The notes below the pieces were generated by a model, which saw nothing but the letters and a program-made list of their open reading frames with translations, had not been told where the DNA came from and searched no databases. 64,000 nucleotides of DNA from assembly GCA_964649245.1 (NCBI GenBank), contig CAZYOS010000001.1, positions 5,242-69,241 of the forward strand, given 5' to 3'. Within the stretch, counting starts at the first letter, position 1. Every line of letters starts with the position of its first letter. The stretch is from an uncultured Clostridium sp. (GTDB lineage Bacteria; Bacillota_I; Bacilli_A; RF39; UBA660). The translations under genes were made by a program, and so were the position numbers. Shown in pieces: positions 9,952-19,446 of this stretch.

Positions 9952-10028
9952 TGGCGTCCTTGGGCAGATTCGAACTGCCGACTTACCGCTTAGGAGGCGA
10001 TTACTCTATCCTACTGAGTTACAAGGAC
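9952..10028 (-). tRNA. tRNA-Arg (anticodon CCU)
   Basis: Hand-folded cloverleaf: acceptor GTCCTTG/CAAGGAC, D-arm ACTC/GAGT, anticodon stem ATCGC/GCGGT with loop CTCCTAA, T-arm GGCAG-TTCGAAT-CTGCC, CCA encoded. Confidence 0.85.
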
Positions 10029-10070
10029 ATTTTAGGACATTTATATATGTCCTTTTCCCATAGCCTAATA

Positions 10071-10110
10071 CTTAGGAGGGAGGTGCTCTATACAGCTGAG
10101 CTACATAGAC
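10071..10110 (-). other. tRNA-like 5' half (acceptor + D-arm + anticodon stem-loop CCT) with no 3' half
   Basis: GTCTATG-TA-GCTC-AGCTGTATA-GAGC-A-CCTCC-CTCCTAA, then sequence that cannot close the anticodon stem and has no T-arm. Followed by hairpin GGACATTTATATATGTCC (10035-10052). Confidence 0.4.
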
Positions 10111-10119
10111 ATATAATTA

Positions 10120-10620
10120 TTAATTGTTAATCAAATTAATAACAAATATAATAAATAGATTAGTTGTTAATTTCACTTCATATCTAAAAAATTCATAAAT
10201 ACTAACTATTTTATCACACAAACAAACTACTTTTGATTCCGGATAATAAGGAACAACATGTGTTAAGGGAAACATATGTGTTTTAATTACATTTTCTTCG
10301 ACATCATTTACATTAAAATAATCAATAGAATTATTATATGCAATTAAAGGGTGATTTTTCAAGTATTTATTATATTCTTTTTTATTAACATCTTCTTTAA
10401 CAAAGAAATCATGCATCATTGCGCCTCTTGTGCATGATATATAATCTAAATGTAATTTTTTAGAAACAAAAAAACTCATCTTAGAAACTCTACTAATATG
10501 ATCTAATCTGTTATTACCATGATGTATAATAGATTTCATTTCTCTATATTTATTTACTTTATAAAATTCATTATAAATTTCATAATATTCTTTTATGTAC
10601 TTCTTCATAATTAAATCCAT
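10120..10620 (-). CDS. HD-domain phosphohydrolase (small, single domain)
   Basis: H..H...RV block (HHGNNRLDHISRV), HD dyad in GAMMHDFF, later His/Asp (THMFP, LCDKIV). Confidence 0.55.
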   Translation of the reverse strand: MDLIMKKYIKEYYEIYNEFYKVNKYREMKSIIHHGNNRLDHISRVSKMSFFVSKKLHLDYISCTRGAMMHDFFVKEDVNKKEYNKYLKNHPLIAYNNSIDYFNVNDVEENVIKTHMFPLTHVVPYYPESKVVCLCDKIVSIYEFFRYEVKLTTNLFIIFVINLINN

Positions 10621-10982
10621 TTAGGTATATATAAATTTCTTGTATATCCTTCCATATATCTTGCATAACTGTCTAGTATCATATTAACAATACGATTGAT
10701 GACATCAGTTGCTCCTTTTGGTACTTTTAGAGATTTCAAAGAATCAGATAAAATAATTCTAAAATCTCTATCATCAAAATACTTAACAATAGCTGAATTA
10801 AGAGATATTGCTCTTTTTAATTCACTTCTATTTCTTGGCTCAACAGAAAATATATATGTTTGATAAACTTTTATAACTTTATCACTCATATAATCTAAAC
10901 TACTAAATCTTTCATTTATTATTCTATAATAATCAGGACAATACTTGATTATAATCTTGTTTTTCAAGAAACTATTTTCCAT
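10611..10982 (-). CDS. hypothetical protein, overlaps HD gene by 10 nt
   Basis: 123 aa ORF with no recognisable motifs. Operon position between rseP and the HD gene. Confidence 0.35.
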   Translation of the reverse strand: MENSFLKNKIIIKYCPDYYRIINERFSSLDYMSDKVIKVYQTYIFSVEPRNRSELKRAISLNSAIVKYFDDRDFRIILSDSLKSLKVPKGATDVINRIVNMILDSYARYMEGYTRNLYIPKWI

Positions 10983-10986
10983 TAAA

Positions 10987-12042
10987 TCACCTAGTAAGCC
11001 TTATTATATCATTAAATGTTACATAAAGCATTAAAATTATCATAATAGAGAATCCAATATAATTTAATATATTTTCAATTTTATCACTAGATTTTTTCTT
11101 TGTTATTGCTTCAATTATAACTAATAATACTCTTCCACCATCAAATACTGGAATAGGAATTAAATTAATTATACCTACATTGATACTTAAATATGCAGTT
11201 AAGTATAAAATTGCACTTAATCCTTGAGATTTAAGAGTGTCAACTATTGAATATATTCCAACCGGACCACTAAGATTATCTAAAGAAACTTTTCCTACAA
11301 ATAATGATTCTAATACATTAAATATTGTTTTAAAAGTATCTCTAAATCCCTCAAAACCATAAATAACAGCATTTATAAATCCATATTTATATTCAGTCTT
11401 TCCACTGCCTATACCAAAGCTTCTAGTTTCAGTATCATTTTCAACTTTAACATTAGGAATAACATCATATGTAACTATAGAACCATCACTTTTTTCAATA
11501 ATAAATGAATAATTAGTTTCTGGTTTTTTAGCAGATATTTCAAGGATAATATCATCCCAATTATCTACTTTATGATTGTTAATAGAAAGTACAGAATCCC
11601 CTACTTCAAATCCAGCATTATATGCAGGACTGTCTTCAAGAACAGCACCAATAGTTGTATTAGTAATAGGTCTTCCATATAAAAGTCCACTAATAAAGAA
11701 TAAAACAATTGCTAAAATAAAATTCATTACTATTCCCATAAGTAAAACACATAGCTTTTGAATAGTAGTCTTATTTTCTAGTATTTGTTTCTTTTTAAGT
11801 TTTAATTCTTTAATATCTTTTTCAGCCATAGAAACAAATCCACCAATTGGAAATGCTCTTAAATTATAAGTTGTTTCACTGTTTTTAGGTTTATGTTTCC
11901 ATAATACAGGACCCATACCTAAAGCAAATTCATCAACATATACACCACATTTTTTAGCAGTAATAAAATGTCCAAATTCATGTATAGATATAATAACACT
12001 CAAAATAATAAATAGTAATAATAATGTAATAATAAAATTCAT
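10987..12042 (-). CDS. rseP: RIP zinc metalloprotease RseP (site-2 protease)
   Basis: HEFGHF zinc motif in the first TM helix, a PDZ segment, and the LDGG motif (PIPVFDGGRVLL). Sits downstream of cdsA as in Firmicutes. Confidence 0.85.
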   Translation of the reverse strand: MNFIITLLLLFIILSVIISIHEFGHFITAKKCGVYVDEFALGMGPVLWKHKPKNSETTYNLRAFPIGGFVSMAEKDIKELKLKKKQILENKTTIQKLCVLLMGIVMNFILAIVLFFISGLLYGRPITNTTIGAVLEDSPAYNAGFEVGDSVLSINNHKVDNWDDIILEISAKKPETNYSFIIEKSDGSIVTYDVIPNVKVENDTETRSFGIGSGKTEYKYGFINAVIYGFEGFRDTFKTIFNVLESLFVGKVSLDNLSGPVGIYSIVDTLKSQGLSAILYLTAYLSINVGIINLIPIPVFDGGRVLLVIIEAITKKKSSDKIENILNYIGFSIMIILMLYVTFNDIIRLTR

Positions 12043-12050
12043 CTTTTCTC

Positions 12051-12857
12051 CTATAAAAATCTTAATACTAAAGCTAATGCTATAGAAGCAAATATTATAC
12101 TATCTACTCTATCAAGAACACCGCCATGTCCAGGCATTATATTTCCAAAGTCTTTAACATCATAATGTCTTTTAATTGCTGAAAAAACTAAATCTCCAAG
12201 AGCTGACATTAATGATAACAATAAAGATATTAAAATAATAATAATAGCAGAATCACTAAAATCAAAAATAGTTACATAAAATATAGTCCCAATAAATGTT
12301 GCCATTACAGTACCACCAATTAAACCTTCTATAGTTTTATTTGGTGATATTGTAGGACATAATTTATACTTTCCAATTTGAGTTCCAAAAAAATGTGCAA
12401 ATGTATCACTCATAATAGTAATAAGTATTAAATATATAAAATAATATATATCTAGATTTCTAATAGTAATTAGTAAATTAAATGCTATTCCCAAAAAGAA
12501 TATAATTCCAATCAAATACATAGCATCATCAAAATCATATTTATTCTTATTATGATAGAACACTAATGGTATTAAGCATAATATAAAAGGTATCACTATG
12601 TAACAAAAATCCATATTAAATGAAATAGTATTTGTTACTGAAGACATCATAATTATTGCAAAAGATGCAATAGATAAGAATTTCATAAGTAAAGGTATCT
12701 TTTTTTTCTTTTCTCTTATTGTAAGTAACTCATTAAACCCAATCAATCCAATAAGCCCTGCTCCTAAATAGAAGTAAATTCCTCCTAATATTATCAATGG
12801 TATTATTATTGCAAGTGCAACTATAGCACTAATCACTCTTTTTTTCATATTTTTCAC
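12051..12857 (-). CDS. cdsA: phosphatidate cytidylyltransferase
   Basis: 268 aa polytopic protein with the CdsA signature GHGGVLDRVDS near the C-terminus. Confidence 0.85.
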   Translation of the reverse strand: MKNMKKRVISAIVALAIIIPLIILGGIYFYLGAGLIGLIGFNELLTIREKKKKIPLLMKFLSIASFAIIMMSSVTNTISFNMDFCYIVIPFILCLIPLVFYHNKNKYDFDDAMYLIGIIFFLGIAFNLLITIRNLDIYYFIYLILITIMSDTFAHFFGTQIGKYKLCPTISPNKTIEGLIGGTVMATFIGTIFYVTIFDFSDSAIIIILISLLLSLMSALGDLVFSAIKRHYDVKDFGNIMPGHGGVLDRVDSIIFASIALALVLRFL

Positions 12858-12915
12858 CTTAAATTAATTATAACACGGTGAATAATAATTAACAAGAAAA
12901 AGAAAAAGAGTATTT

Positions 12916-13635
12916 CTACTCTTCACATAAAGATTTTATTGCATCTTCAAGATAAACTAGTGTTGTATTTTGATATAAATTACACCATTTACTTTCCATC
13001 TTATATTTTGCAAAATTATCTTCACAATAGCCGTTAGTATATTTAGAATAACTTACATCTTCATCATCCTTTGACACACAATAGTACCCATCTTCATTTT
13101 CTTCATCATATGACCAAATATATGTATCACCTTTTTCAACAAAAGTTGGAAATGCTACAATTTGATATTCCTCTTTTTCTCCACTTATTGTACCTTCTTT
13201 TAAACCAATTCTTTTTGCAAAAGACTTACCGTAACTTTCAGCTACATATACTGCATTATCAACTTCACTTTGATTAGACATTATTTCAATCATTTCATTA
13301 GTATAAATATTATTATATGTCATCAAAAGTAAATCTCTTTTTTTAATATTTAATCCTGCACTATTAGTATAGTATCCATCTTTAAAAACATATGAAGAAG
13401 GACAAACAGGATTAGGATCACTATAATCACCTATTACTGTTGTTCCATCTGAATTACATTCCCAAACTTTATAAAATAAAGCTTTATAAACTGTCATATC
13501 ATTATTGTTAGATTTTATTGCTATTTTTGGAAGGCTATTTTTAGTTTTTACAAATACATAATCTATGTATGAAAGACCCCCAAGAACTACCACTATTATT
13601 AATAATGCTATTAATATATTTTTTACTACCTTCAC
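12916..13635 (-). CDS. membrane-anchored extracytoplasmic protein, unknown function
   Basis: N-terminal signal/anchor helix, a Cys-containing soluble domain, no known motifs. Confidence 0.35.
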   Translation of the reverse strand: MKVVKNILIALLIIVVVLGGLSYIDYVFVKTKNSLPKIAIKSNNNDMTVYKALFYKVWECNSDGTTVIGDYSDPNPVCPSSYVFKDGYYTNSAGLNIKKRDLLLMTYNNIYTNEMIEIMSNQSEVDNAVYVAESYGKSFAKRIGLKEGTISGEKEEYQIVAFPTFVEKGDTYIWSYDEENEDGYYCVSKDDEDVSYSKYTNGYCEDNFAKYKMESKWCNLYQNTTLVYLEDAIKSLCEE

Positions 13636-13644
13636 TTAAGACTC

Positions 13645-14640
13645 CTATTCTTTTAAAGTTGCATATATTACAGCCTTAATAGTATGCATTCTATTTTCAG
13701 CTTCATCAAATACAATTGATTGAGAAGATTCAAATACTTCATTAGTTACTTCCATTTCAGGAATACCAAATTTATTATTTATATCTACTGCTATAGATGT
13801 ATTTAAATCATGAAATGATGGTAATGCATGTAAGAATACAGCAGTATCTTTAGCATATCCCATTGTTTTTTTATTAACTTGATATGGTTTTAATAAATTA
13901 ATTCTTTGTTCCCAAATCTCATCTGGTTCTCCCATAGATACCCAAACATCAGCATATAATGCATCAGCATCTTTAAGTCCTTCTTTAATGTCATCAGTTT
14001 GAGAAATAGTGCATCCATTTTTCTTAGCTATTTTTTTACACTCATCTATTAATTCTTCATCAGGACACCATAATTCTTTAGGGCCACATGCTACAAAATT
14101 AACTCCCATCTTCGCACTCATAACCATTAATGATCTGGCAACATTATTTCTAGTATCTCCCATAAAAACCAATTTTAATCCTTTAAGACTTCCAAAATGT
14201 TCTTCCATTGTCATGAAATCTGCTAATACTTGAGTAGGATGAAATGAGTCAGTTAATCCATTCCATACAGGTACTCCAGAATATTTAGAAAGTTCTTCTA
14301 CTGCTGTTTGTTTAAATCCTCTAAACTCTATTCCTTCATACATTCTTCCAAGTACTCTAGCAGTATCTGCTATACTTTCTTTCTTTCCCAATTGACTTCC
14401 ACTTGAATCTAAATAAGTAACATTCATTCCTAAATCATATCCTGCTACTTCAAATGAACATCTTGTTCTAGTAGATGTCTTTTCAAATATTAAAGCAATA
14501 TTTTTTCCTCTTAGATATCTATGTGATTCGTGTGCATGTTTCTTCTTTTTAAAATCAATTGCTAAATCAAGTAAATATCTTATTTCTTCTTCATTGAAAT
14601 CTAATATTTTTAAAAAACTTTTTCCTCTTAAATCTATCAT
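13645..14640 (-). CDS. arcB: ornithine carbamoyltransferase (catabolic, ADI pathway)
   Basis: STRTRCSFE carbamoyl-phosphate binding motif and the HxLP-type motif (FLHALP). Immediately downstream of arcA. Confidence 0.85.
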   Translation of the reverse strand: MIDLRGKSFLKILDFNEEEIRYLLDLAIDFKKKKHAHESHRYLRGKNIALIFEKTSTRTRCSFEVAGYDLGMNVTYLDSSGSQLGKKESIADTARVLGRMYEGIEFRGFKQTAVEELSKYSGVPVWNGLTDSFHPTQVLADFMTMEEHFGSLKGLKLVFMGDTRNNVARSLMVMSAKMGVNFVACGPKELWCPDEELIDECKKIAKKNGCTISQTDDIKEGLKDADALYADVWVSMGEPDEIWEQRINLLKPYQVNKKTMGYAKDTAVFLHALPSFHDLNTSIAVDINNKFGIPEMEVTNEVFESSQSIVFDEAENRMHTIKAVIYATLKE

Positions 14641-15861
14641 TTAATCCTCTCTTTCTAGGGCCATACTCATACAATGAGGTCCCCCTCTACCACGTGATAG
14701 CTCTGAACTAGGTATTTCAATAACTTTTATTCCAGATTTTCTAAATACCTCATTTGATACATGATTTCTATCATACGCTACTACTACACCAGGTCTTATT
14801 GTTAATAAGTTAGCTCCATCACTCCATTGTTCTCTTTCAGCTGGTATTCTTTTTCCTCCACCACACTTAATTAGCTTTACGTCTTTGATATGTAAATATT
14901 TTTCAAGCACTTTGTCAATTGGAGTGTTAAGCTCTGTGATATTAATTTCTCCGTCTTTTCCCTTACTTATTTCAAATATTGTAGATACTTGCATTACTTG
15001 AGAATGAACTGCAAAAACATTTTCATCAACTCTAGTCATAACCGTATCTAAATGCATAAAACTTCTTTCATCTGGTATATCAATAGCCAATATATATTTA
15101 AATTTATTATTTAAATCACTAAATAAATTTTTAGCTAATAATGCTATCGCATCAGGTTCAGTCCTTTCCGATATTCCTATTGCTAATACTTCATCACTAA
15201 GCACTTGAATATCTCCACCTTCAATATGATATGCATTATATCTATCATAATATTTTGGTGCATCTTTATAATCAGGATGATATTTAAATATATATTCTGC
15301 TAATATTGTTTCTCTTTGTCTAGTAACAGAATACATTCTATGTAATGAAATTCCATCTCCTATACTTGCAAATGGATCTCTAGGTGCATATAAATTTGGA
15401 AGAGGATCAAGAATCATCTTTCCTATATCCCTAGTAGCAAAAAATCCACTACTTGGTCTATATCCTTCTAAATCTTCTGAATCAATACCAGCAATACATT
15501 TACTAATAAGTGTTCTACTATCTTCAAAGCTATTTAAATAATCATATACTAATTCAAATACTCTATCAGAAGTAACTCCACCCTCTCTTATAAATTGTCT
15601 TAAAAACTTTTCTCTAACTTTAGGATGTGTATCTAAAGCTTCTGCTGCTAAATCGACTAGATATACTACTTCCACCCCCTCAGCTCTTAAAGCACCAGCA
15701 AAAACATCATGCTCTTCTTGAGCTTTTTTCAAAAATGGAATATCATCAAATAATAATCTTTGTAATGTATTTGGTGTAAGGTTTAAAAATTCATCCCCTG
15801 GCCTATGTAATAAAACTTTTTTAAGTGGTTTAATTTCACTATAAACGCGAATTCCTGTCAT
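14641..15861 (-). CDS. arcA: arginine deiminase
   Basis: 406 aa. N-terminus MTGIRVYSEIKPLKKVLLHRPGDE and C-terminal catalytic Cys block GGPHCMSMALER are typical of ArcA. Confidence 0.9.
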   Translation of the reverse strand: MTGIRVYSEIKPLKKVLLHRPGDEFLNLTPNTLQRLLFDDIPFLKKAQEEHDVFAGALRAEGVEVVYLVDLAAEALDTHPKVREKFLRQFIREGGVTSDRVFELVYDYLNSFEDSRTLISKCIAGIDSEDLEGYRPSSGFFATRDIGKMILDPLPNLYAPRDPFASIGDGISLHRMYSVTRQRETILAEYIFKYHPDYKDAPKYYDRYNAYHIEGGDIQVLSDEVLAIGISERTEPDAIALLAKNLFSDLNNKFKYILAIDIPDERSFMHLDTVMTRVDENVFAVHSQVMQVSTIFEISKGKDGEINITELNTPIDKVLEKYLHIKDVKLIKCGGGKRIPAEREQWSDGANLLTIRPGVVVAYDRNHVSNEVFRKSGIKVIEIPSSELSRGRGGPHCMSMALERED

Positions 15862-15945
15862 ATTAAAATCTCCCTTCTATTCTTAACTTAGTTTAATTAT
15901 AACTTTAAATAAAAAAAAAGTAAATGATTATACAAGATTTACCTT
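15862..15945 (-). promoter_or_regulatory. arcAB leader: terminator-like hairpin plus extended -10 promoter and RBS
   Basis: Minus strand: GGTAAATC..GATTTAC hairpin followed by T9, TGTATAAT extended -10, AAGGGAG RBS 8 nt before the ATG. Confidence 0.4.
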
Positions 15946-16650
15946 TTATTTTAAAAAACTTTTTACCATTTCATTTTCACTATTTAATATTTTACTAGGT
16001 GTTCCATATTCTACTACTTTACCATCTCCTAGAAACAATACTTTAGTAGCAAAACTTTCTATTAATGACATTTCATGTGATACAACTATTATAGTCTTCT
16101 TTTTAGATAATTCCTTTAATAATTCAATAAAATCTTTTACGACCTCTGGATCTAATGCAGAAGTTGGTTCATCAAATAATAGAATATCAGGATTTATTGC
16201 AAGTGTTCTAGCGATAGCAACTCTTTGTTTTTCTCCACCACTTAATGTTTTGGGATATTCATTTGCTTTATCTAAAATATGTACTATCTCAAGTAAATTA
16301 TTTGCCTTTTCTGATATATCATCTTTAGTACCTTTTTTAAGTAACCTGGGTGCCAAAGTAACATTTTCTTTAGCTGTTAAATGAGGAAATAAATTATAGT
16401 TTTGAAAAACCATACCAACTTTAGTCCTTATATATATATCATCTAAATCTTTATAATTTTTATTGTTTAAATATATATTTCCACTAGTAGGAGTTTCAAA
16501 TTTATTAAGACATCTAAGTAAAGTAGTCTTACCGCCACCTGAAGGTCCAATGATTAATAATCTTTCTTTTTCTTTAACTTCAAAACTAATATTTTTAAAA
16601 ACTACTTGATTTCCAAATTTCTTACTTATATTATTTACTTTTAGCATCAA
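15946..16650 (-). CDS. amino-acid ABC transporter ATP-binding protein (GlnQ/HisP type)
   Basis: Walker A GPSGGGKTT, ABC signature LSGGEKQRVAIAR, Walker B ILLFDEPTSALD. Confidence 0.85.
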   Translation of the reverse strand: MMLKVNNISKKFGNQVVFKNISFEVKEKERLLIIGPSGGGKTTLLRCLNKFETPTSGNIYLNNKNYKDLDDIYIRTKVGMVFQNYNLFPHLTAKENVTLAPRLLKKGTKDDISEKANNLLEIVHILDKANEYPKTLSGGEKQRVAIARTLAINPDILLFDEPTSALDPEVVKDFIELLKELSKKKTIIVVSHEMSLIESFATKVLFLGDGKVVEYGTPSKILNSENEMVKSFLK

Positions 16651-17347
16651 TATCTAACCTTCTTTCTATTCTTTTCATAAGGCTACTTAATATTCCAGTT
16701 ATAAGTAAATAAATAATTGCTATTATAATTAATGGAAAGAAATAATCATATGTTCTAGATGCTATTATATCAGAAGACTTTGTTAAATCTATAATTCCAA
16801 TATACCCAGCAACAGCTGTTTCTTTAATTAAGGTAATAAATTCATTTCCCATCGAAGGCAATGTATTTTTAATTACTTGTGGAATAATTATTTTAAATAA
16901 TACGTGTTTGTATTTGAGTCCTAAAGAAAGTCCTGCTTCCATTTGACCATAGTCTAAATTATCAAAGCCACTTCTAAGTATTTCAGAAGAATATGCAGCG
17001 CTATTTATTCCAAATGCTATCATTCCAATAAATATAGGATTTATGTTAGAAGTTTTAAATATAATATAATATATTATCATTAATTGTAATACAGAAGGAG
17101 TTCCTCTTATTATAGTTACATAAAGTTTAGAAATAGAATTAAGTATTTTCATTTTGCCAGTAATCTTATTAGTGTATCTAATAATTGATATTAAACTTCC
17201 AAGAAAAACACCAATAGCAATAGCACCTAATGATATAATTAATGTGTTTTTTAAGCCACCTAAAATGAGCATATACCTATCTTCATATATAACAGTATAT
17301 CTAAAATTATCAATTACATCTAATAACCACCTAGCAAATGCTTCCAT
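16631..17347 (-). CDS. amino-acid ABC transporter permease (HisM/GlnP family)
   Basis: 238 aa, 5 TM helices, EAA-like loop. Its 3' end overlaps the ATPase gene start. Confidence 0.8.
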   Translation of the reverse strand: MEAFARWLLDVIDNFRYTVIYEDRYMLILGGLKNTLIISLGAIAIGVFLGSLISIIRYTNKITGKMKILNSISKLYVTIIRGTPSVLQLMIIYYIIFKTSNINPIFIGMIAFGINSAAYSSEILRSGFDNLDYGQMEAGLSLGLKYKHVLFKIIIPQVIKNTLPSMGNEFITLIKETAVAGYIGIIDLTKSSDIIASRTYDYFFPLIIIAIIYLLITGILSSLMKRIERRLDIDAKSK

Positions 17348-17350
17348 AAA

Positions 17351-18079
17351 TCATGAAGAATAATTTATAATATATTCTTCTATCTTCCCTTCATTTATTA
17401 ACTTTTCCAAAACAATATTTATTGAATTTAATAACTCAGTATTACCCTTTTTAACAGCAATAGCGTATTTATCAGTAAATACTTCTATATCTAATATTTT
17501 AAGTTCAGAATTGCTTTTAACTAGTTCTAAAGCTGGTAAATAATCCATAATAATAGCATCTGACTTTGATGCTTTTACATCTTCAGCAGCAGATAAAAAT
17601 TTCTTTTGAGTATTTATTTTAACATTAGGATACTTTTCAGATAACCATAAATCAGCAACGCTTCCTAATTGTACAGAAATAGTTTTATTATCTAAATCAT
17701 CCAAAGATTGTATTCCATTATAATCATTTTTAACAACAATTACTTGTTTACTAGTAGCATATTCTATAGAAAAATCAACGCTCTTTTTTCTTTGTTCGGT
17801 AATGCTCATACCAGCAGCAGCAAAATCAGCTTTATCGGAATTTAATTCATTAATTAAAGAATCAAAAGCAACATCTTTAACAACAAGTTTTTTCCCTAGA
17901 TAAGAAGCAATTTCATTAGCGACATCAATATCAACTCCTACTATTTCATTATTAACATAAAATTCATATGGAGCAAATCCTGCCTCAGTAACCATTACTA
18001 TTTCATCAGAATTCTTTTTACAACCAGTAATTATAAATGAACACAATATTATAACAATAAATAATATAATCTTTTTCAT
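17351..18079 (-). CDS. amino-acid ABC transporter substrate-binding lipoprotein
   Basis: Lipobox IITGC after a signal peptide. Type-3 SBP fold sequence (polar amino acid family). Confidence 0.75.
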   Translation of the reverse strand: MKKIILFIVIILCSFIITGCKKNSDEIVMVTEAGFAPYEFYVNNEIVGVDIDVANEIASYLGKKLVVKDVAFDSLINELNSDKADFAAAGMSITEQRKKSVDFSIEYATSKQVIVVKNDYNGIQSLDDLDNKTISVQLGSVADLWLSEKYPNVKINTQKKFLSAAEDVKASKSDAIIMDYLPALELVKSNSELKILDIEVFTDKYAIAVKKGNTELLNSINIVLEKLINEGKIEEYIINYSS

Positions 18080-18167
18080 ATATACTCCTATAATAAAATT
18101 ATATCATTATTAATAATAAAATCAAATAATAATTTTTATTTATGATATAATATTACAAGAGGTTTTT

Positions 18168-18818
18168 ATGAAAAAAATATTATTAATAATTTTATTATTT
18201 ATCCCTAGCACAATCTTTGCATACGAAAACGATTATTTCAATATAACAATACCAGACAATTATAAAGAAATCGCTTCAGATGAAGATTCAACATATAAAT
18301 GGAATAGTGATAATGAAAATGAACTACCTAGTATTATAATCACAGTTGCTAAAAATACTGAATCAAACAAACAAGATGTTACAAATTTCACAAGTGAATC
18401 TATGGAAAAATATAAGAATGAAATTAAAAGTACAATAGATAAAAGTTTAAAAGAATATAACTTAGAAGTACAAGTTAGTGATTTAAAAATAGAAAAATTA
18501 AATATTTATGATTCACTTACCTATACTACAATATGGCCAACAAATGATACATATGGTTATGATACTTATCAAAAAAGCTATGTAATAACAACAAATAAAT
18601 ATATTGTTACTCTTATATGTTCAGTATCAAATGAAGAAGATGAAAACTCAGAAGAAATTATGAATATTATAAACACATTAACTATAAATGATGAATTAAT
18701 TGAAAAAAAGGGTTTCTTTGAAAAAAGAACAAATCAAATAATTATAGTTGGAGTAATAGCGGGAATAATTGGTTATATATTATCAGTTATAACAGACAAA
18801 AAAAAGGCTAAAAAATAG
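18168..18818 (+). CDS. secreted protein with C-terminal TM anchor and K-rich tail, unknown function
   Basis: Signal peptide MKKILLIILLFIPSTIFA, a 170-aa soluble domain, C-terminal helix IIIVGVIAGIIGYILSVI followed by KKKAKK. Strong RBS AAGAGG and TGATATAAT extended -10 upstream. Confidence 0.4.
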   Translation: MKKILLIILLFIPSTIFAYENDYFNITIPDNYKEIASDEDSTYKWNSDNENELPSIIITVAKNTESNKQDVTNFTSESMEKYKNEIKSTIDKSLKEYNLEVQVSDLKIEKLNIYDSLTYTTIWPTNDTYGYDTYQKSYVITTNKYIVTLICSVSNEEDENSEEIMNIINTLTINDELIEKKGFFEKRTNQIIIVGVIAGIIGYILSVITDKKKAKK

Positions 18819-18825
18819 TCTTTTT

Positions 18826-19446
18826 TTATGCAATATTTCTTTTCATTAATTTTAATGCATTATTCTCCTCTCTAGATACTGTAGCTTGAGACATCTCCAT
18901 ACTTAGTGCAGTTTCTTGTTGAGACATTCCATAATAGTATCTATATCTTATAATAGATTTCATAGGTTCTTCTAAACTATCAATTTCACTATCTAAAAGA
19001 ATCTTTTCAAAGAATTTATTATTATCTTCAATATAACTTACATTATCATCTTCAAGTGTTTTAGTAAAAGCAGTTCTTTCAATTATAGAGGCTAATTTGT
19101 ATTCATCTATATCCATAAAACTAGCTATTTCAAAAAAACTTACTTCCCTATTATAACTTTTACATAATAGCTCTCTTGTTTTTTTATATCTCCTATATAT
19201 ATCATAATAATCAGAACTTATTTTAATGTTTCTATCATTTCTTATATAATCAATTATCTCTCCTAAAATATAATTATAAGCGTAAGTACTAAATTTAACA
19301 TTTAAACTTCCTTCAAAATTTCTATATGCCTTAATTACACCAACACAACCAGCTTGATAGAGATCCTCAAAATTATATCCATTTTTATATTTATTTGCTA
19401 TAGAATATATAATCCCTTCACATTCTTTAATTAGTTCATTTTTCAT
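18826..19446 (-). CDS. sigma-70 family sigma factor, SigF/SigG/SigB-like (group 3)
   Basis: 206 aa. Region 2 YQAGCVGVIKAYRNFEGSLNVKFSTYAYNYILGEI is collinear with B. subtilis SigF (FQIGCIGLLKSVDKF..RFSTYAVPMIIGEI). Region 4 HTH IIRYRYYYGMSQQETALSMEMSQATVSR. Confidence 0.75.
   Translation of the reverse strand: MKNELIKECEGIIYSIANKYKNGYNFEDLYQAGCVGVIKAYRNFEGSLNVKFSTYAYNYILGEIIDYIRNDRNIKISSDYYDIYRRYKKTRELLCKSYNREVSFFEIASFMDIDEYKLASIIERTAFTKTLEDDNVSYIEDNNKFFEKILLDSEIDSLEEPMKSIIRYRYYYGMSQQETALSMEMSQATVSREENNALKLMKRNIA

Noticed and set aside
10040-10110. Second full tRNA gene next to tRNA-Arg.
   Set aside because: Only the 5' half folds. The anticodon stem 3' strand, T-arm and acceptor 3' strand are absent. 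Reported as a tRNA-like fragment instead.
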